DNA from: Candidatus Latescibacterota bacterium | GTDB lineage: Bacteria > Latescibacterota > UBA2968 > UBA8231 | Direction of reading: 5' to 3' | NCBI GenBank assembly: GCA_965203175.1 | Contig: OZ241867.1 | Coordinates: 1,408,001 to 1,472,000 of the forward strand | Length of the DNA stretch: 64,000 nt | Shown here: one piece after another, positions 46,433 to 55,760 of the stretch | Position numbering within the stretch: the first letter of the stretch is position 1 | How the letters are laid out: every line of letters starts with the position of its first letter | The notes under the pieces: model-generated | Told to the model about the DNA's origin: nothing | What the model saw: the letters and a program-made list of their open reading frames with translations, nothing else | The model's database searches: none | Position numbers and translations under genes: made by a program

Positions 46433-48424
46433 CTACTGGGAATCTGCCAGTCGTGCTAACGCCTCTTGCGCAGATTGGCTTAGGCGGGGATCGCCCTGCC
46501 ACTGCGCGAGAAAATGCTTGTACGCGCGGATGGCTTGGCGGGGTTGCGCCGCCTCTTGGTAGAGAACACCAAGTGCATAATGCGCTCTGGCGTAGGTAGA
46601 ATCCGCACGCAGAGCAGCTTGGTACTGGCGTTCGGCCTTGGCATGGGCCTTCTGTTGGGCATAGAGGTGGCCCAAGTTGTAATGGGCTTCGGCAAAGTCG
46701 GGCGCTACCTCAAGCGCCTTTTGATAGGCCGTCGCCGCCTGTTGAAGATCGTTCTTTACTAGGTAGAGATTGCCCAAATTGTTATAGGCTTGGGCATGGG
46801 TAGGTGCTAGTGCCAACGTGCGCTCTAAGGCGGCCTCGGCCTCCTCGATACGGCCCTGTGCGTGGTAGAGATGACCGAGCGCAAAGTAAATTTTATAGAG
46901 GGCCGAGTCCGGGGGACTGTGCGCTAGGGCCTCTTCGCACACCCGCAGGGCCCTAGCGAGCTTGCCGTGCTGGGCGTAGAGGCCACTTAGCTGGAGGCGC
47001 GCCTCCAAATAGGTGGGTGCAACAGAGAGCAGCGAACGGTACTGGGCTTCGGCCTTTTCCCACTGCCGGAGCGCGAGATAAGCACGCGCTAAGCGCAAAC
47101 GAACTGCGACGTTGGCCGGAGTAGCGTCGAGGGTCTGCTGTAGCTGATTGATGTGGTCGTGCAGACGTCCGAGGCGTTCAAAGCGGTTTTGTAGGCGCTC
47201 GGCCTCGGCCGCTTGGCCAAGAGCGAGGAGGACATTGGCTAAGTTGTAGAGAGCTTCCGGATGTAAGGGATTAATGGCGAGAACTTGGCGCAGCGTCTTG
47301 GCCGCTTCCTCGGGGCGATTCAAATCGCTATAGAGCAGACCCAACTGACGCCAAGACTCGCTGTGCTGTGGATCCTTTTCCACGGCTTCTTTTAAGATAG
47401 CTTCGGCTTTTTGGTACTGGGTTTGGCGGATGTAGAGAGCTCCGAGTTCGCCGCGGGCTTCCATCAAGCTGGGGTCCGTTTCAATAGCTTGCAGCAGGGC
47501 TCTTTCGGCTTTGTCGTAAAAACCTTGATTGACGTACAGCCGCGACAAAAGCTGCAAAGCCACCGTCTGGGTCGAATCCAGTGCGACGGCTTTTTCAGCT
47601 AAAGCCACTGCTTCGGGAATGCGCTGCTGGGTGGCATAGATAGCACCCAACTTGTAACGAGCTTCGGCATTATCTTGGTCCAACTCCAAGGCGCTTTCGT
47701 ATTCGCGTACCGCCTCGGCCAATTTTTCAACGCGGGTATAGACATCGCCCAAGCGGATGTGGAGGTCGGCACTGGGCGCAATGCGGAGGGCCTCGCCGTA
47801 GGCGGCCACCGCGTCTTCAACGCGCAAATCTTCGGCGTACAGATGACCCAAGGCCGCGTGGACTTCCCGGGAAAATGGGTCGCGATCAACAGCCTGCAAT
47901 AGGACGGCCACCGCTTGGTCAAATTCTCGCAGATCGCGCAGGGAGCGGGCGAGATTGATGTAGAACGCGATGTCCTCTGGGGCTTGGCGCACGGCCGCTT
48001 GATACGCGGCAACGGCTTTTCCCAAGGCTCCATCCTGGTAGTGAATATTGCCCAGATTATTGCTTGTCGCAGCCAAGGTGGAGTCGAGGTCAAGGGCTTT
48101 TTGAAAGTGGGCGGCGGCCTCGTCCAAGGCCCCGCGCCGCTGGGCCAAAAGCCCCAAGCCATCGTGGGCGAGGGCGTAATTTGGATCGAGATCGAGGGCT
48201 TTGGCATAGTTCTGCTGGGCTTCGTCGTAGCGGCCGGCTTGCGTATAGGCTACGGCCAAGTTGTAGTACGCGGGTGGCGCGGTGGGGTTTTGGCGGGTGA
48301 GGCGGAGGTGCTTTTCCAAGGCCTCGGCATCGGGGTCTTGGGAGCAGGCCGCACCTAGAAGTAAAAAAATAGCGCAAAGATTGCACAGCGGTCGTGGTAC
48401 GAGGGAGTTGGTGATCATATGCAA
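46433..48424 (-). CDS. Tetratricopeptide-repeat lipoprotein
   Basis: Lipobox GAAC; many A.YNLG / A...Y..AL..DP repeats. Confidence 0.92.
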   Translation of the reverse strand: MHMITNSLVPRPLCNLCAIFLLLGAACSQDPDAEALEKHLRLTRQNPTAPPAYYNLAVAYTQAGRYDEAQQNYAKALDLDPNYALAHDGLGLLAQRRGALDEAAAHFQKALDLDSTLAATSNNLGNIHYQDGALGKAVAAYQAAVRQAPEDIAFYINLARSLRDLREFDQAVAVLLQAVDRDPFSREVHAALGHLYAEDLRVEDAVAAYGEALRIAPSADLHIRLGDVYTRVEKLAEAVREYESALELDQDNAEARYKLGAIYATQQRIPEAVALAEKAVALDSTQTVALQLLSRLYVNQGFYDKAERALLQAIETDPSLMEARGELGALYIRQTQYQKAEAILKEAVEKDPQHSESWRQLGLLYSDLNRPEEAAKTLRQVLAINPLHPEALYNLANVLLALGQAAEAERLQNRFERLGRLHDHINQLQQTLDATPANVAVRLRLARAYLALRQWEKAEAQYRSLLSVAPTYLEARLQLSGLYAQHGKLARALRVCEEALAHSPPDSALYKIYFALGHLYHAQGRIEEAEAALERTLALAPTHAQAYNNLGNLYLVKNDLQQAATAYQKALEVAPDFAEAHYNLGHLYAQQKAHAKAERQYQAALRADSTYARAHYALGVLYQEAAQPRQAIRAYKHFLAQWQGDPRLSQSAQEALARLADSQ

Positions 48425-48434
48425 CTTCTTGGCA

Positions 48435-51005
48435 TCAGGGTTTGGATTGAATTATGTGCAGGATCTGATTGGTCGCCACCCCTTCCATTGTCTGCAACGC
48501 GCCGTCGGGCCAGCGGATTTCGACTGTGGCCTGGATGGCTTCTCCTAGGCCAAAGTGGAGACGAGGATCGCTACTCGCAAGATAACTACCGCCCGACTGA
48601 TGCTCCTTGACTTGGTGCTGCCCACCGGCCGTCACAGCGATGCGGGCGTGCTGCGCGGTATTCCCCAACTGAATCGTCAACCAGTGCTGCCGGTTGCCCC
48701 CGTCGTTGCGCAGGAGGTTGGGGGCGGCGGCAACATTGGTCACTAGCAGGTCTAGGTCTCCATCGTTGTCGTAGTCGGCCGTGGCCGAAGCGCGGCTTAC
48801 CGCTGCCACCGCGAGCGCGGGACCGAGCCTAGCAGAGACATCGACAAAGCGGATCCCCCGCTGGTTGCAGAGCACCTGATTGGGTTGCGGATAGGCATGG
48901 TCGGGGTGTACTTGGGTGATTTTGTCCATGACGTGGCCATTGGCGACAAAAAGGTCTAAGTCGCCGTCGTTGTCGTAGTCGAAAAAATTGGTGCCAAAAC
49001 CCAGCGGTTTGTAGCTGTACTCAGCCAAGCCGGCGCGTTGGGTGATGTCGTAAAACTGCCCCTGCCCATCGTTGCCGTACAAGGTGTTGGTCTCTTGGGC
49101 GAAATTGGTCACAAAAATATCTTGGAATCCATCGTTGTCCCAATCCCCGAACTCCACGCCCATGCCGGCTTCGGCTAGACCGTCCTCGTTGTAGCGTCCT
49201 CCGGCGTAGAGGCCGACCTCGGCAAAGCGGTTCCCTTGGTTTTGGTAGAGGAAGTTCATCGTGCCGTCGTTGGCCACGTACATGTCGGTGTCGCCGTCGA
49301 GGTCGTAATCCGCGAAGGCCACGCCCAAGCCGCGCCCCTTGTGAATGATTCCCATCTCCAACGTCACATCGCGGAATTGGCCATCTTCGTTGCGGTAGAG
49401 TACATCGCCTACCGGCTCGTAGAACTTCGGTTCGCAATAGGAGCGAATGCCGCCCTCGGCACAGACGATATTGTTCTGCGGGTCAAACTCCACGTAATTG
49501 GTCGCGTAGAGATCTAAATCGCCGTCGAGATCGTAGTCTAGGAAACCGCAACTAGTACCCCACTGGGCATCGGCCCCACCCACGGCGGCGGTCGCGTCGG
49601 CAAAGCGCCCATCGCCCTCGTTGCGCAACAGGAGGTTGGGGCCAACGTTGGTCACGTATAGATCCACGTTGCCATCGGCGTCGTAGTCAGCGGCAGCACA
49701 GCCCATGCCGTAGCCGGTGTGCCCGGCTCCCGAGGCAGCCGTCACATCGGTGAAACCGCCAGCGCCAGTGTTGTGGTACAGGCGATTGGTGGGAATTGGA
49801 TCGGGGCGCTCGCCACTTAGAGGTGCGCCGTTGACCAGATAGAGATCGAGCCAGCCATCGCCGTCAACGTCGAGGAAGGCCGCCCCGGACCCAAAGGTCT
49901 CGACGTAGTAGTATTCGCCCGAAAAGCCGTTGTAGTGCTCAAAATCGAGACCAGCCGCTTGGGTTATATCGACTAGTTGAATGGACTTGCAGCCAGGGTC
50001 GGCGGTATCTGAAGGTGGAACCGGGCGGGCCGCGGCCTTGGGTTTTGTTAGGTCTATGGAAGGAGCGGTCACATCAGTTAAGTCGGGAGCAACACTAAAG
50101 TGGGCATTGGGGCGGAAAGGCTGGGCAAAGGTCGCACTAGCAAAGGTGGCTTCCTGTTTGAAGCGGCTGTCGACAAAGAAGGCTGAAGAGCGAAAGTGGG
50201 CACCCACAAAGCGGGCCGGACCGGCAAAGACGATGCGGCGGAAGGAGGCCGTAGCGGAGAAATCGGCGCGCTCGAAATGGGCTGCGCTGCGGAAATAGGC
50301 CGCAGTGAACGTGGCGGCTCCCGCAAAGCGGCTTTGCGCAAACAGGGCGTCCTCGCCAAAGCGAGTGCCGGCAAAGGAAACGGTCGATTGCCACGCTGCT
50401 TCTTCGAAGGAGGCCAAATCCGCAAAGGAAGCATCCTGAAAAGAAGTGGAGCGGGCGAACACAGTCTGATCGAAATAGGCCGCATCTTCAAATTGCGTAC
50501 GTTCAAAGGTAGTTTCTCCGCTAAAGTCGCTCTGCTGAAAAAAGGCCACACCGGAAAACTGGGTGGCCGAAAAATCTACTTTGTCGGACAGCAGAGTCCG
50601 TTTGAAATTAGCCTTGCCCACTACGCGGCAGTCGCGGCAGGAAAATCCACTTTCAAGGCGGGCTTCCAGCAGGGAGATCCCCTGTTGGAAATGGGTGCGA
50701 ACAAAGCTCATCGGTTGTAGAAAAACGGCGCGTTCTAAGACTACGGGATTGGTAAAGCGCACGTCCTCAAAGGCGAGCGCCGTGTGCAGGGTGTCGCCGG
50801 TCAATTCAAGCGGCCCCTGCACCACAATGCGATTGTATTCGAGTGCGGTGTCGGCAGGAGCTTGTTGGATTGCTGCGGCGAGGTCGCGGGCGAGGATGAG
50901 TTGGTAGGCTTTGCCTTCTATGGTCACTTCGTATTGGGCTATCGAGGGCAGAGGGACTATCAGGAATAGCAAGAAAAGACGATGGACGGATGAGTAGAAG
51001 ATCAT
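48435..51005 (-). CDS. Pentapeptide-repeat domain fused to a CRTAC1/ASPIC-UnbV FG-GAP domain
   Basis: F..A.F repeats, then ETFGSGAAFLDVDGDG, DxDxDG repeats, AGMG, SGGSYLAS.DPRLHFGLG. Confidence 0.88.
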   Translation of the reverse strand: MIFYSSVHRLFLLFLIVPLPSIAQYEVTIEGKAYQLILARDLAAAIQQAPADTALEYNRIVVQGPLELTGDTLHTALAFEDVRFTNPVVLERAVFLQPMSFVRTHFQQGISLLEARLESGFSCRDCRVVGKANFKRTLLSDKVDFSATQFSGVAFFQQSDFSGETTFERTQFEDAAYFDQTVFARSTSFQDASFADLASFEEAAWQSTVSFAGTRFGEDALFAQSRFAGAATFTAAYFRSAAHFERADFSATASFRRIVFAGPARFVGAHFRSSAFFVDSRFKQEATFASATFAQPFRPNAHFSVAPDLTDVTAPSIDLTKPKAAARPVPPSDTADPGCKSIQLVDITQAAGLDFEHYNGFSGEYYYVETFGSGAAFLDVDGDGWLDLYLVNGAPLSGERPDPIPTNRLYHNTGAGGFTDVTAASGAGHTGYGMGCAAADYDADGNVDLYVTNVGPNLLLRNEGDGRFADATAAVGGADAQWGTSCGFLDYDLDGDLDLYATNYVEFDPQNNIVCAEGGIRSYCEPKFYEPVGDVLYRNEDGQFRDVTLEMGIIHKGRGLGVAFADYDLDGDTDMYVANDGTMNFLYQNQGNRFAEVGLYAGGRYNEDGLAEAGMGVEFGDWDNDGFQDIFVTNFAQETNTLYGNDGQGQFYDITQRAGLAEYSYKPLGFGTNFFDYDNDGDLDLFVANGHVMDKITQVHPDHAYPQPNQVLCNQRGIRFVDVSARLGPALAVAAVSRASATADYDNDGDLDLLVTNVAAAPNLLRNDGGNRQHWLTIQLGNTAQHARIAVTAGGQHQVKEHQSGGSYLASSDPRLHFGLGEAIQATVEIRWPDGALQTMEGVATNQILHIIQSKP

Positions 51006-51179
51006 GGTTTGCAAAGACTCAGAATTTTGACTTTTTGCAGGAGTCCATAATATCCGACACAAGGACGGGGCGGCAAGACTCATTCTCTTGACATAAGGGG
51101 GACATGCTGCTTGTTTAACGCCCATCTTAATGCAAAATCACTCTTAAATAAACGTCCAAATACGTCGAAAATATAGACC

Positions 51180-53135
51180 ATGCTGAATTATCAGTCAGCT
51201 TTCCTCCTTGCGCTGTGTATTTTTGCGTTCGCTCCCTTAAAAACCGCCCACGCTGAATCTGACACCCCAAGACCGACAAAAATTCTCAAACCCTTTCCCG
51301 AGCCAGCCGCAATCATCGACCCGCCGTGGATGGTGCCCCGCCAGCAAGCCCAATTGGAGGCGTCCCAAGCCTACGAGGTCTTTTGCGACTTCTCCTTTAC
51401 CGACCAACTCAAAGCCAGCGGCATTGCGTTTCGCAATAGAGTGGTAGAGGATTCCGCCAAGGAGCATATCCCGGTTCACTACGATCATGGAAATGGACTA
51501 GCGGTGGGGGACGTGGATGGCGATGGCCTCTACGACCTCTATTTTACGACCCAAGTGGGAAGCAATCAGCTATGGCGCAATCTCGGCGGAGCGCGCTTTG
51601 AAAATTACACCACGCCGAGTTTGGAGTTAGCCGATAGGATCGGGGTGAGCGCGTCGTTTGGCGACATTGACAACGACGGCGATGTCGATCTGTACGCCAC
51701 GGCCGTGCGGTTGGGCAACCAGCTTTTGATCAACGACGGAACCGGCCGCTTCGAAGATATAACCGAGCATTCGGGCACGGGCTGGCAAGCGCACTCGTCG
51801 TCCGGCGAGTTCTTCGACTACAATAACGATGGCTTGCTGGATCTGTTTGTGACCAATGTGGGAATCTATACCAAAGATGAAAAGGGGACGGCAGCGGTCG
51901 ATCCGACGCGTTTGGAAGAGGGGGCGACCTATCAGTACTACCGAGGTTTCAAGGATGCCTTCTCCGGGCATTTGAAACCCGAGCGCGCCGAACAGAGTAC
52001 ACTGTTCAAGAACCTAGGGCAGCGGGTTTTCGCCGACGTCTCGCGCGAAGTGGGGTTGTTAGATTCAAGCTGGTCGGGCGATGCCAGTCCGGTGGATTTT
52101 AACGGGGACGGCTGGCAAGACCTCTACGTACTCAACATGCAGGGGCACGACGAATACTACGAGAATGTGGCAGGGCAGCATTTCGTTGAAAAGAGCCGCG
52201 AAGTGTTCCCCAAAACGCCGTGGGGTGCGATGGGGATCAAGGCCTTCGACTACGACAACGACGGTCGGCAGGATCTCTTCGTCTCCGATATGCACTCCGA
52301 TATGAGCCAGCCGGCAGGGCCTTGGGACGAAAAACTCAAGTCGTATATCCAATATCCAGACGATTTTTTGCGCAGCGAGGGATTAAGTATCTTCGGCAAT
52401 GCCTTTTATCACCACCTAGACGGGGGGCAGTTCGAAGAAATCTCCGACCTAATCGGTGCTGAAAATTATTGGCCGTGGGGATTGAGCAGCGGCGATCTCA
52501 ATGCCGATGGCTGGCAGGATGTGTTCGTGGCTTCGAGCATGAATTACCCCTTTCGCTACGGGGTCAACACCGTCTTGCTCAATGACCAAGGACGCGGCTT
52601 CCTCGACAGCGAGTTTGTGTTAGGAGTGGAGCCGCGACGCGACAATCGCACCGCGCAGCCGTGGTTTGCCCTCGACTGCGACGAGGCGGATTTAAAGCAC
52701 AAGCGCTGCGAGGGGCAGGAAGGGGGCTTGCTGGTGTACGGTGCTTTGGGGACGCGCTCGTCGGCGCTGTTCGATGTGGAGGGCGATGGCGACCTCGACA
52801 TTGTGACCAATGAGTTCAACGGGGTGCCGCTGGTCTTGCTCAGCGACCTGAGTCAGCGTCGGACGGTGCGCTATGTCGAAGTAGTACTGGTGGGAAAATC
52901 GTCGAATCGGGATGGGTTGGGCGCAGTGGTCGCGGTGGAGGCCGGCGATCAGGTATATACCCAAGTGCAGGATGGGCAGTCGGGGTATCTGTCGCAGAGC
53001 GTTTATGGACTCTACTTTGGCTTGGGAGAGGCAGCGGCGGTGGATCGCCTAACGGTGCGCTGGCCTTCAGGTCAGGAGCAGACCTTGGACGGCCCCATCC
53101 AGACCAACCAGCGACTCACCATAGAGGAACCTTAG
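51180..53135 (+). CDS. CRTAC1/ASPIC-UnbV (enediyne UnbV-like) FG-GAP protein
   Basis: Signal peptide, GDVDGDG, NRDGLGA, SGYLSQS, FGLG, WPSG. Confidence 0.9.
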   Translation: MLNYQSAFLLALCIFAFAPLKTAHAESDTPRPTKILKPFPEPAAIIDPPWMVPRQQAQLEASQAYEVFCDFSFTDQLKASGIAFRNRVVEDSAKEHIPVHYDHGNGLAVGDVDGDGLYDLYFTTQVGSNQLWRNLGGARFENYTTPSLELADRIGVSASFGDIDNDGDVDLYATAVRLGNQLLINDGTGRFEDITEHSGTGWQAHSSSGEFFDYNNDGLLDLFVTNVGIYTKDEKGTAAVDPTRLEEGATYQYYRGFKDAFSGHLKPERAEQSTLFKNLGQRVFADVSREVGLLDSSWSGDASPVDFNGDGWQDLYVLNMQGHDEYYENVAGQHFVEKSREVFPKTPWGAMGIKAFDYDNDGRQDLFVSDMHSDMSQPAGPWDEKLKSYIQYPDDFLRSEGLSIFGNAFYHHLDGGQFEEISDLIGAENYWPWGLSSGDLNADGWQDVFVASSMNYPFRYGVNTVLLNDQGRGFLDSEFVLGVEPRRDNRTAQPWFALDCDEADLKHKRCEGQEGGLLVYGALGTRSSALFDVEGDGDLDIVTNEFNGVPLVLLSDLSQRRTVRYVEVVLVGKSSNRDGLGAVVAVEAGDQVYTQVQDGQSGYLSQSVYGLYFGLGEAAAVDRLTVRWPSGQEQTLDGPIQTNQRLTIEEP

Positions 53136-53220
53136 AAGCTTTCTTAGCAGCGGCTAGGTTAGAGCATCCCGCCTAGCCCTTCTCGCGCACGGTTACAATC
53201 TCTAAAAAAGAGCATTCAGT

Positions 53221-55755
53221 GTGGAAGAACGCGATCGGGACTTGGAGCAGTCTGAACAAAAGGCGCTCTTGGTCCTGTTCTTTTTTTCAGGGGTCAGCAG
53301 CTTAGTCTATCAGGTCGTGTGGGCGCGGATGCTGACCGTGGTCTTCGGCACCACCCTACTAGCTACTAGCACCGTACTCAGCGCCTTCATGGCTGGCCTA
53401 GCCTTGGGTAGCTATGTTTTGGGGCGGTATATCGACCGCTGCAAACACCCCCTGCGGATTTTTGCCGCGCTAGAAGTCGGCATCGGTCTTTTTGCCCTTT
53501 TCTTTCCCAGTATTAGTGCGAATTTGGGCAATGCCTACGGTGCTTTAGTGGGACTACAGGGGAACTTCTATCTCTTTTCCCTAGCCCGCTTCGGCCTTTG
53601 CTTTGCCTTGCTCCTGATCCCCACGGCACTGATGGGGGGCACCCTACCAGTCATGGCCAAATTTGCGGTGCGGCGGCTGGGCAGGTTAGGCGGTCGGGTC
53701 GGACAGCTCTATGCGATCAACACGCTGGGTGCGGTCGTCGGGGTGTTGGCGGCGACCTTCGGACTGATGGAAGGGCTGGGTTTGCAGGGGACGACGCAAG
53801 CCATCGCTGTGGTGAATTTCTTGGTCGCGGGCGCGGCTTGGCTGTGGGGGGGGCAACGAGCCGTCGGCGTCGCCGAAGAAATGCTGGCAAAAAAGACTGC
53901 GCATTCTGACCGCGTTTTGTGGGGCGTGCTGGCCGGCTTTGGTATCTCCGGTTTTGCCGCCCTAGGCTACGAAGTGGCGTGGATGCGGCTGTTGATGGTG
54001 AGTTTCTCCTTCAATTCACACTACGAGTTCAGTATTGTCTTGGTGGCCTTTTTGAGTGGACTGTCCTTGGGGGGATGGCTGGGCAGTCGGCTACTGACGC
54101 GACGGCCAGATTTGCTCTCGATTTTTATCGGTATCCAGTTTTTGATCGGCGCGTGCGGGGCCCTGTCCGTGTTGGCCTTTGCCCATTTATCCGTCCTCGT
54201 GGAGCCAATCCAACGGGCGGACTCGTGGTGGATGTCGAGGACGGGCGTGTTTTTTACGGCCGTCGCCATCATGTTGCTACCGACCGTGGCAATGGGGGTT
54301 ATCTTTCCGCTGGTCGGCCAAATCTACACGCGGCAACTGGCGCGTCTGGGGCGCGGCATCGGGGACATCGGCGCGGTCAACAGCTTGGGTGCGGTTGGGG
54401 GGGCCTTTGTGACGGGGTTTGTGCTGATTCCACTGCTGGGAACTGAGTGGAGCGTCAAGGTACTAGCCGCGTTGAATGGCTTGGTTGGCCTGACCCTCGC
54501 CTTGATTAGCCAGCAACGCAAGCGGCTGGTCTGGTGCGGGGCGGCGGGTTTGGCACTCCTGCTAGTCCTAGTGCCCTCGGATGTGCTGCGACGCATTGCG
54601 GAGCCGGTGGCTGTCAACCGGGAACTGGTGTTTTACCAAGAGGGAGCCGAAGGCGTCATCACCGTCGAACAACAAACCGATGGTTTCCGCAAAATGGCGC
54701 TCAATGGGGGCGGGCAGGTGCCTACCGACTACAGCTCGCTGCAAATTTTCCGCCTCCTGGGCCATTTGCCCCTGCTCCTGCATCCCGACCCGCAAGAGGT
54801 GTTGGTCGTCTCCTTGGGCGGCGGCATCGCCTTGGGGGGCGCAGCCCAGTACGAGCCGCGCCGCATTACTTGCGTTGAGTTGGTACCGGAAGTGATAGAC
54901 GCAGCCCGGTTGCACTTTGGCGAATTTAATCACCACGTGCTCGAGAATCCGACTGCGTGGAACATCGAATTAGTTATCGACGACGGTCGGAATTTTCTCC
55001 TCTCCAGCCGCGGCACCTATCAAATCATCACTGGGGACGCCACCCATCCAACAAGCGCCGATAGCTGGGTGCTCTACACAAAGGAATTTTACGAGTTGTG
55101 CCGGGCACACCTGAGTACCGACGGGATCATGGCTCAGTGGCTGCCCTTTCACGGCCTGCCACCAGACGACTACAAGACCATCGTGCGGACCTTTCAGCAC
55201 GTCTTTCCCCACGCCACCTTGTGGCGCTCGAACAACTACTCAATCATGGTGGGGACCATGCAGCCGCAGGCGATTGATTGGGAGCTGCTCAACGAGAAGA
55301 TGGCACCGCCGCGAGTGTATCGCAGCCTAGAAGACATAGATATGGGAAACGCATTTGCGCTCTTGAACAGCCTAGTGATAGACGAGGTCGCCCTGCGGCG
55401 CTATGTGGGAGAAGGTCCGCTCAACACCGACGACCATCCCTACATCAGCTTTGTCAGCCCGAAAGGCTACAGCAGCGGCTCGTGGGAGGTGTTAGAGGAT
55501 TTGGCTCCATACCGCACCTCGGCTCTGTCGCTGTTGACAGCACCCTCTGCTACAATACGGGAAACAATAGAGGCATATTCCAAGGCTGGCGAGCACGCGC
55601 TAGAGGGGGATATCATGCGGCTGCAAAACCGCGACCGGGCCGCAGTAAGAGCCTACCAGCGCGCGCTCCAGGTGAATCCCGCGGATAGATCATCGGCCTA
55701 TTTCCTCGAACTGCTGGCCGAGCAACTTATCCGGCGACCGCCCCAAGACGAATAG
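53221..55755 (+). CDS. Fused MFS-like membrane domain/spermidine synthase-like SAM-binding protein with C-terminal TPR
   Basis: SG..SLVYQVVW.R, LYAINTLG, SLGGG, VELVPEV, DDGRNF, LYTKEFY, QWLP, NTDDHP. Confidence 0.88.
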   Translation: MEERDRDLEQSEQKALLVLFFFSGVSSLVYQVVWARMLTVVFGTTLLATSTVLSAFMAGLALGSYVLGRYIDRCKHPLRIFAALEVGIGLFALFFPSISANLGNAYGALVGLQGNFYLFSLARFGLCFALLLIPTALMGGTLPVMAKFAVRRLGRLGGRVGQLYAINTLGAVVGVLAATFGLMEGLGLQGTTQAIAVVNFLVAGAAWLWGGQRAVGVAEEMLAKKTAHSDRVLWGVLAGFGISGFAALGYEVAWMRLLMVSFSFNSHYEFSIVLVAFLSGLSLGGWLGSRLLTRRPDLLSIFIGIQFLIGACGALSVLAFAHLSVLVEPIQRADSWWMSRTGVFFTAVAIMLLPTVAMGVIFPLVGQIYTRQLARLGRGIGDIGAVNSLGAVGGAFVTGFVLIPLLGTEWSVKVLAALNGLVGLTLALISQQRKRLVWCGAAGLALLLVLVPSDVLRRIAEPVAVNRELVFYQEGAEGVITVEQQTDGFRKMALNGGGQVPTDYSSLQIFRLLGHLPLLLHPDPQEVLVVSLGGGIALGGAAQYEPRRITCVELVPEVIDAARLHFGEFNHHVLENPTAWNIELVIDDGRNFLLSSRGTYQIITGDATHPTSADSWVLYTKEFYELCRAHLSTDGIMAQWLPFHGLPPDDYKTIVRTFQHVFPHATLWRSNNYSIMVGTMQPQAIDWELLNEKMAPPRVYRSLEDIDMGNAFALLNSLVIDEVALRRYVGEGPLNTDDHPYISFVSPKGYSSGSWEVLEDLAPYRTSALSLLTAPSATIRETIEAYSKAGEHALEGDIMRLQNRDRAAVRAYQRALQVNPADRSSAYFLELLAEQLIRRPPQDE

Positions 55756-55760
55756 GGTCT

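Noticed and set aside
53153-53179. Hairpin GGCTAGG...CCTAGCC as a terminator
   Set aside because: Short stem, large loop and no convincing U tract
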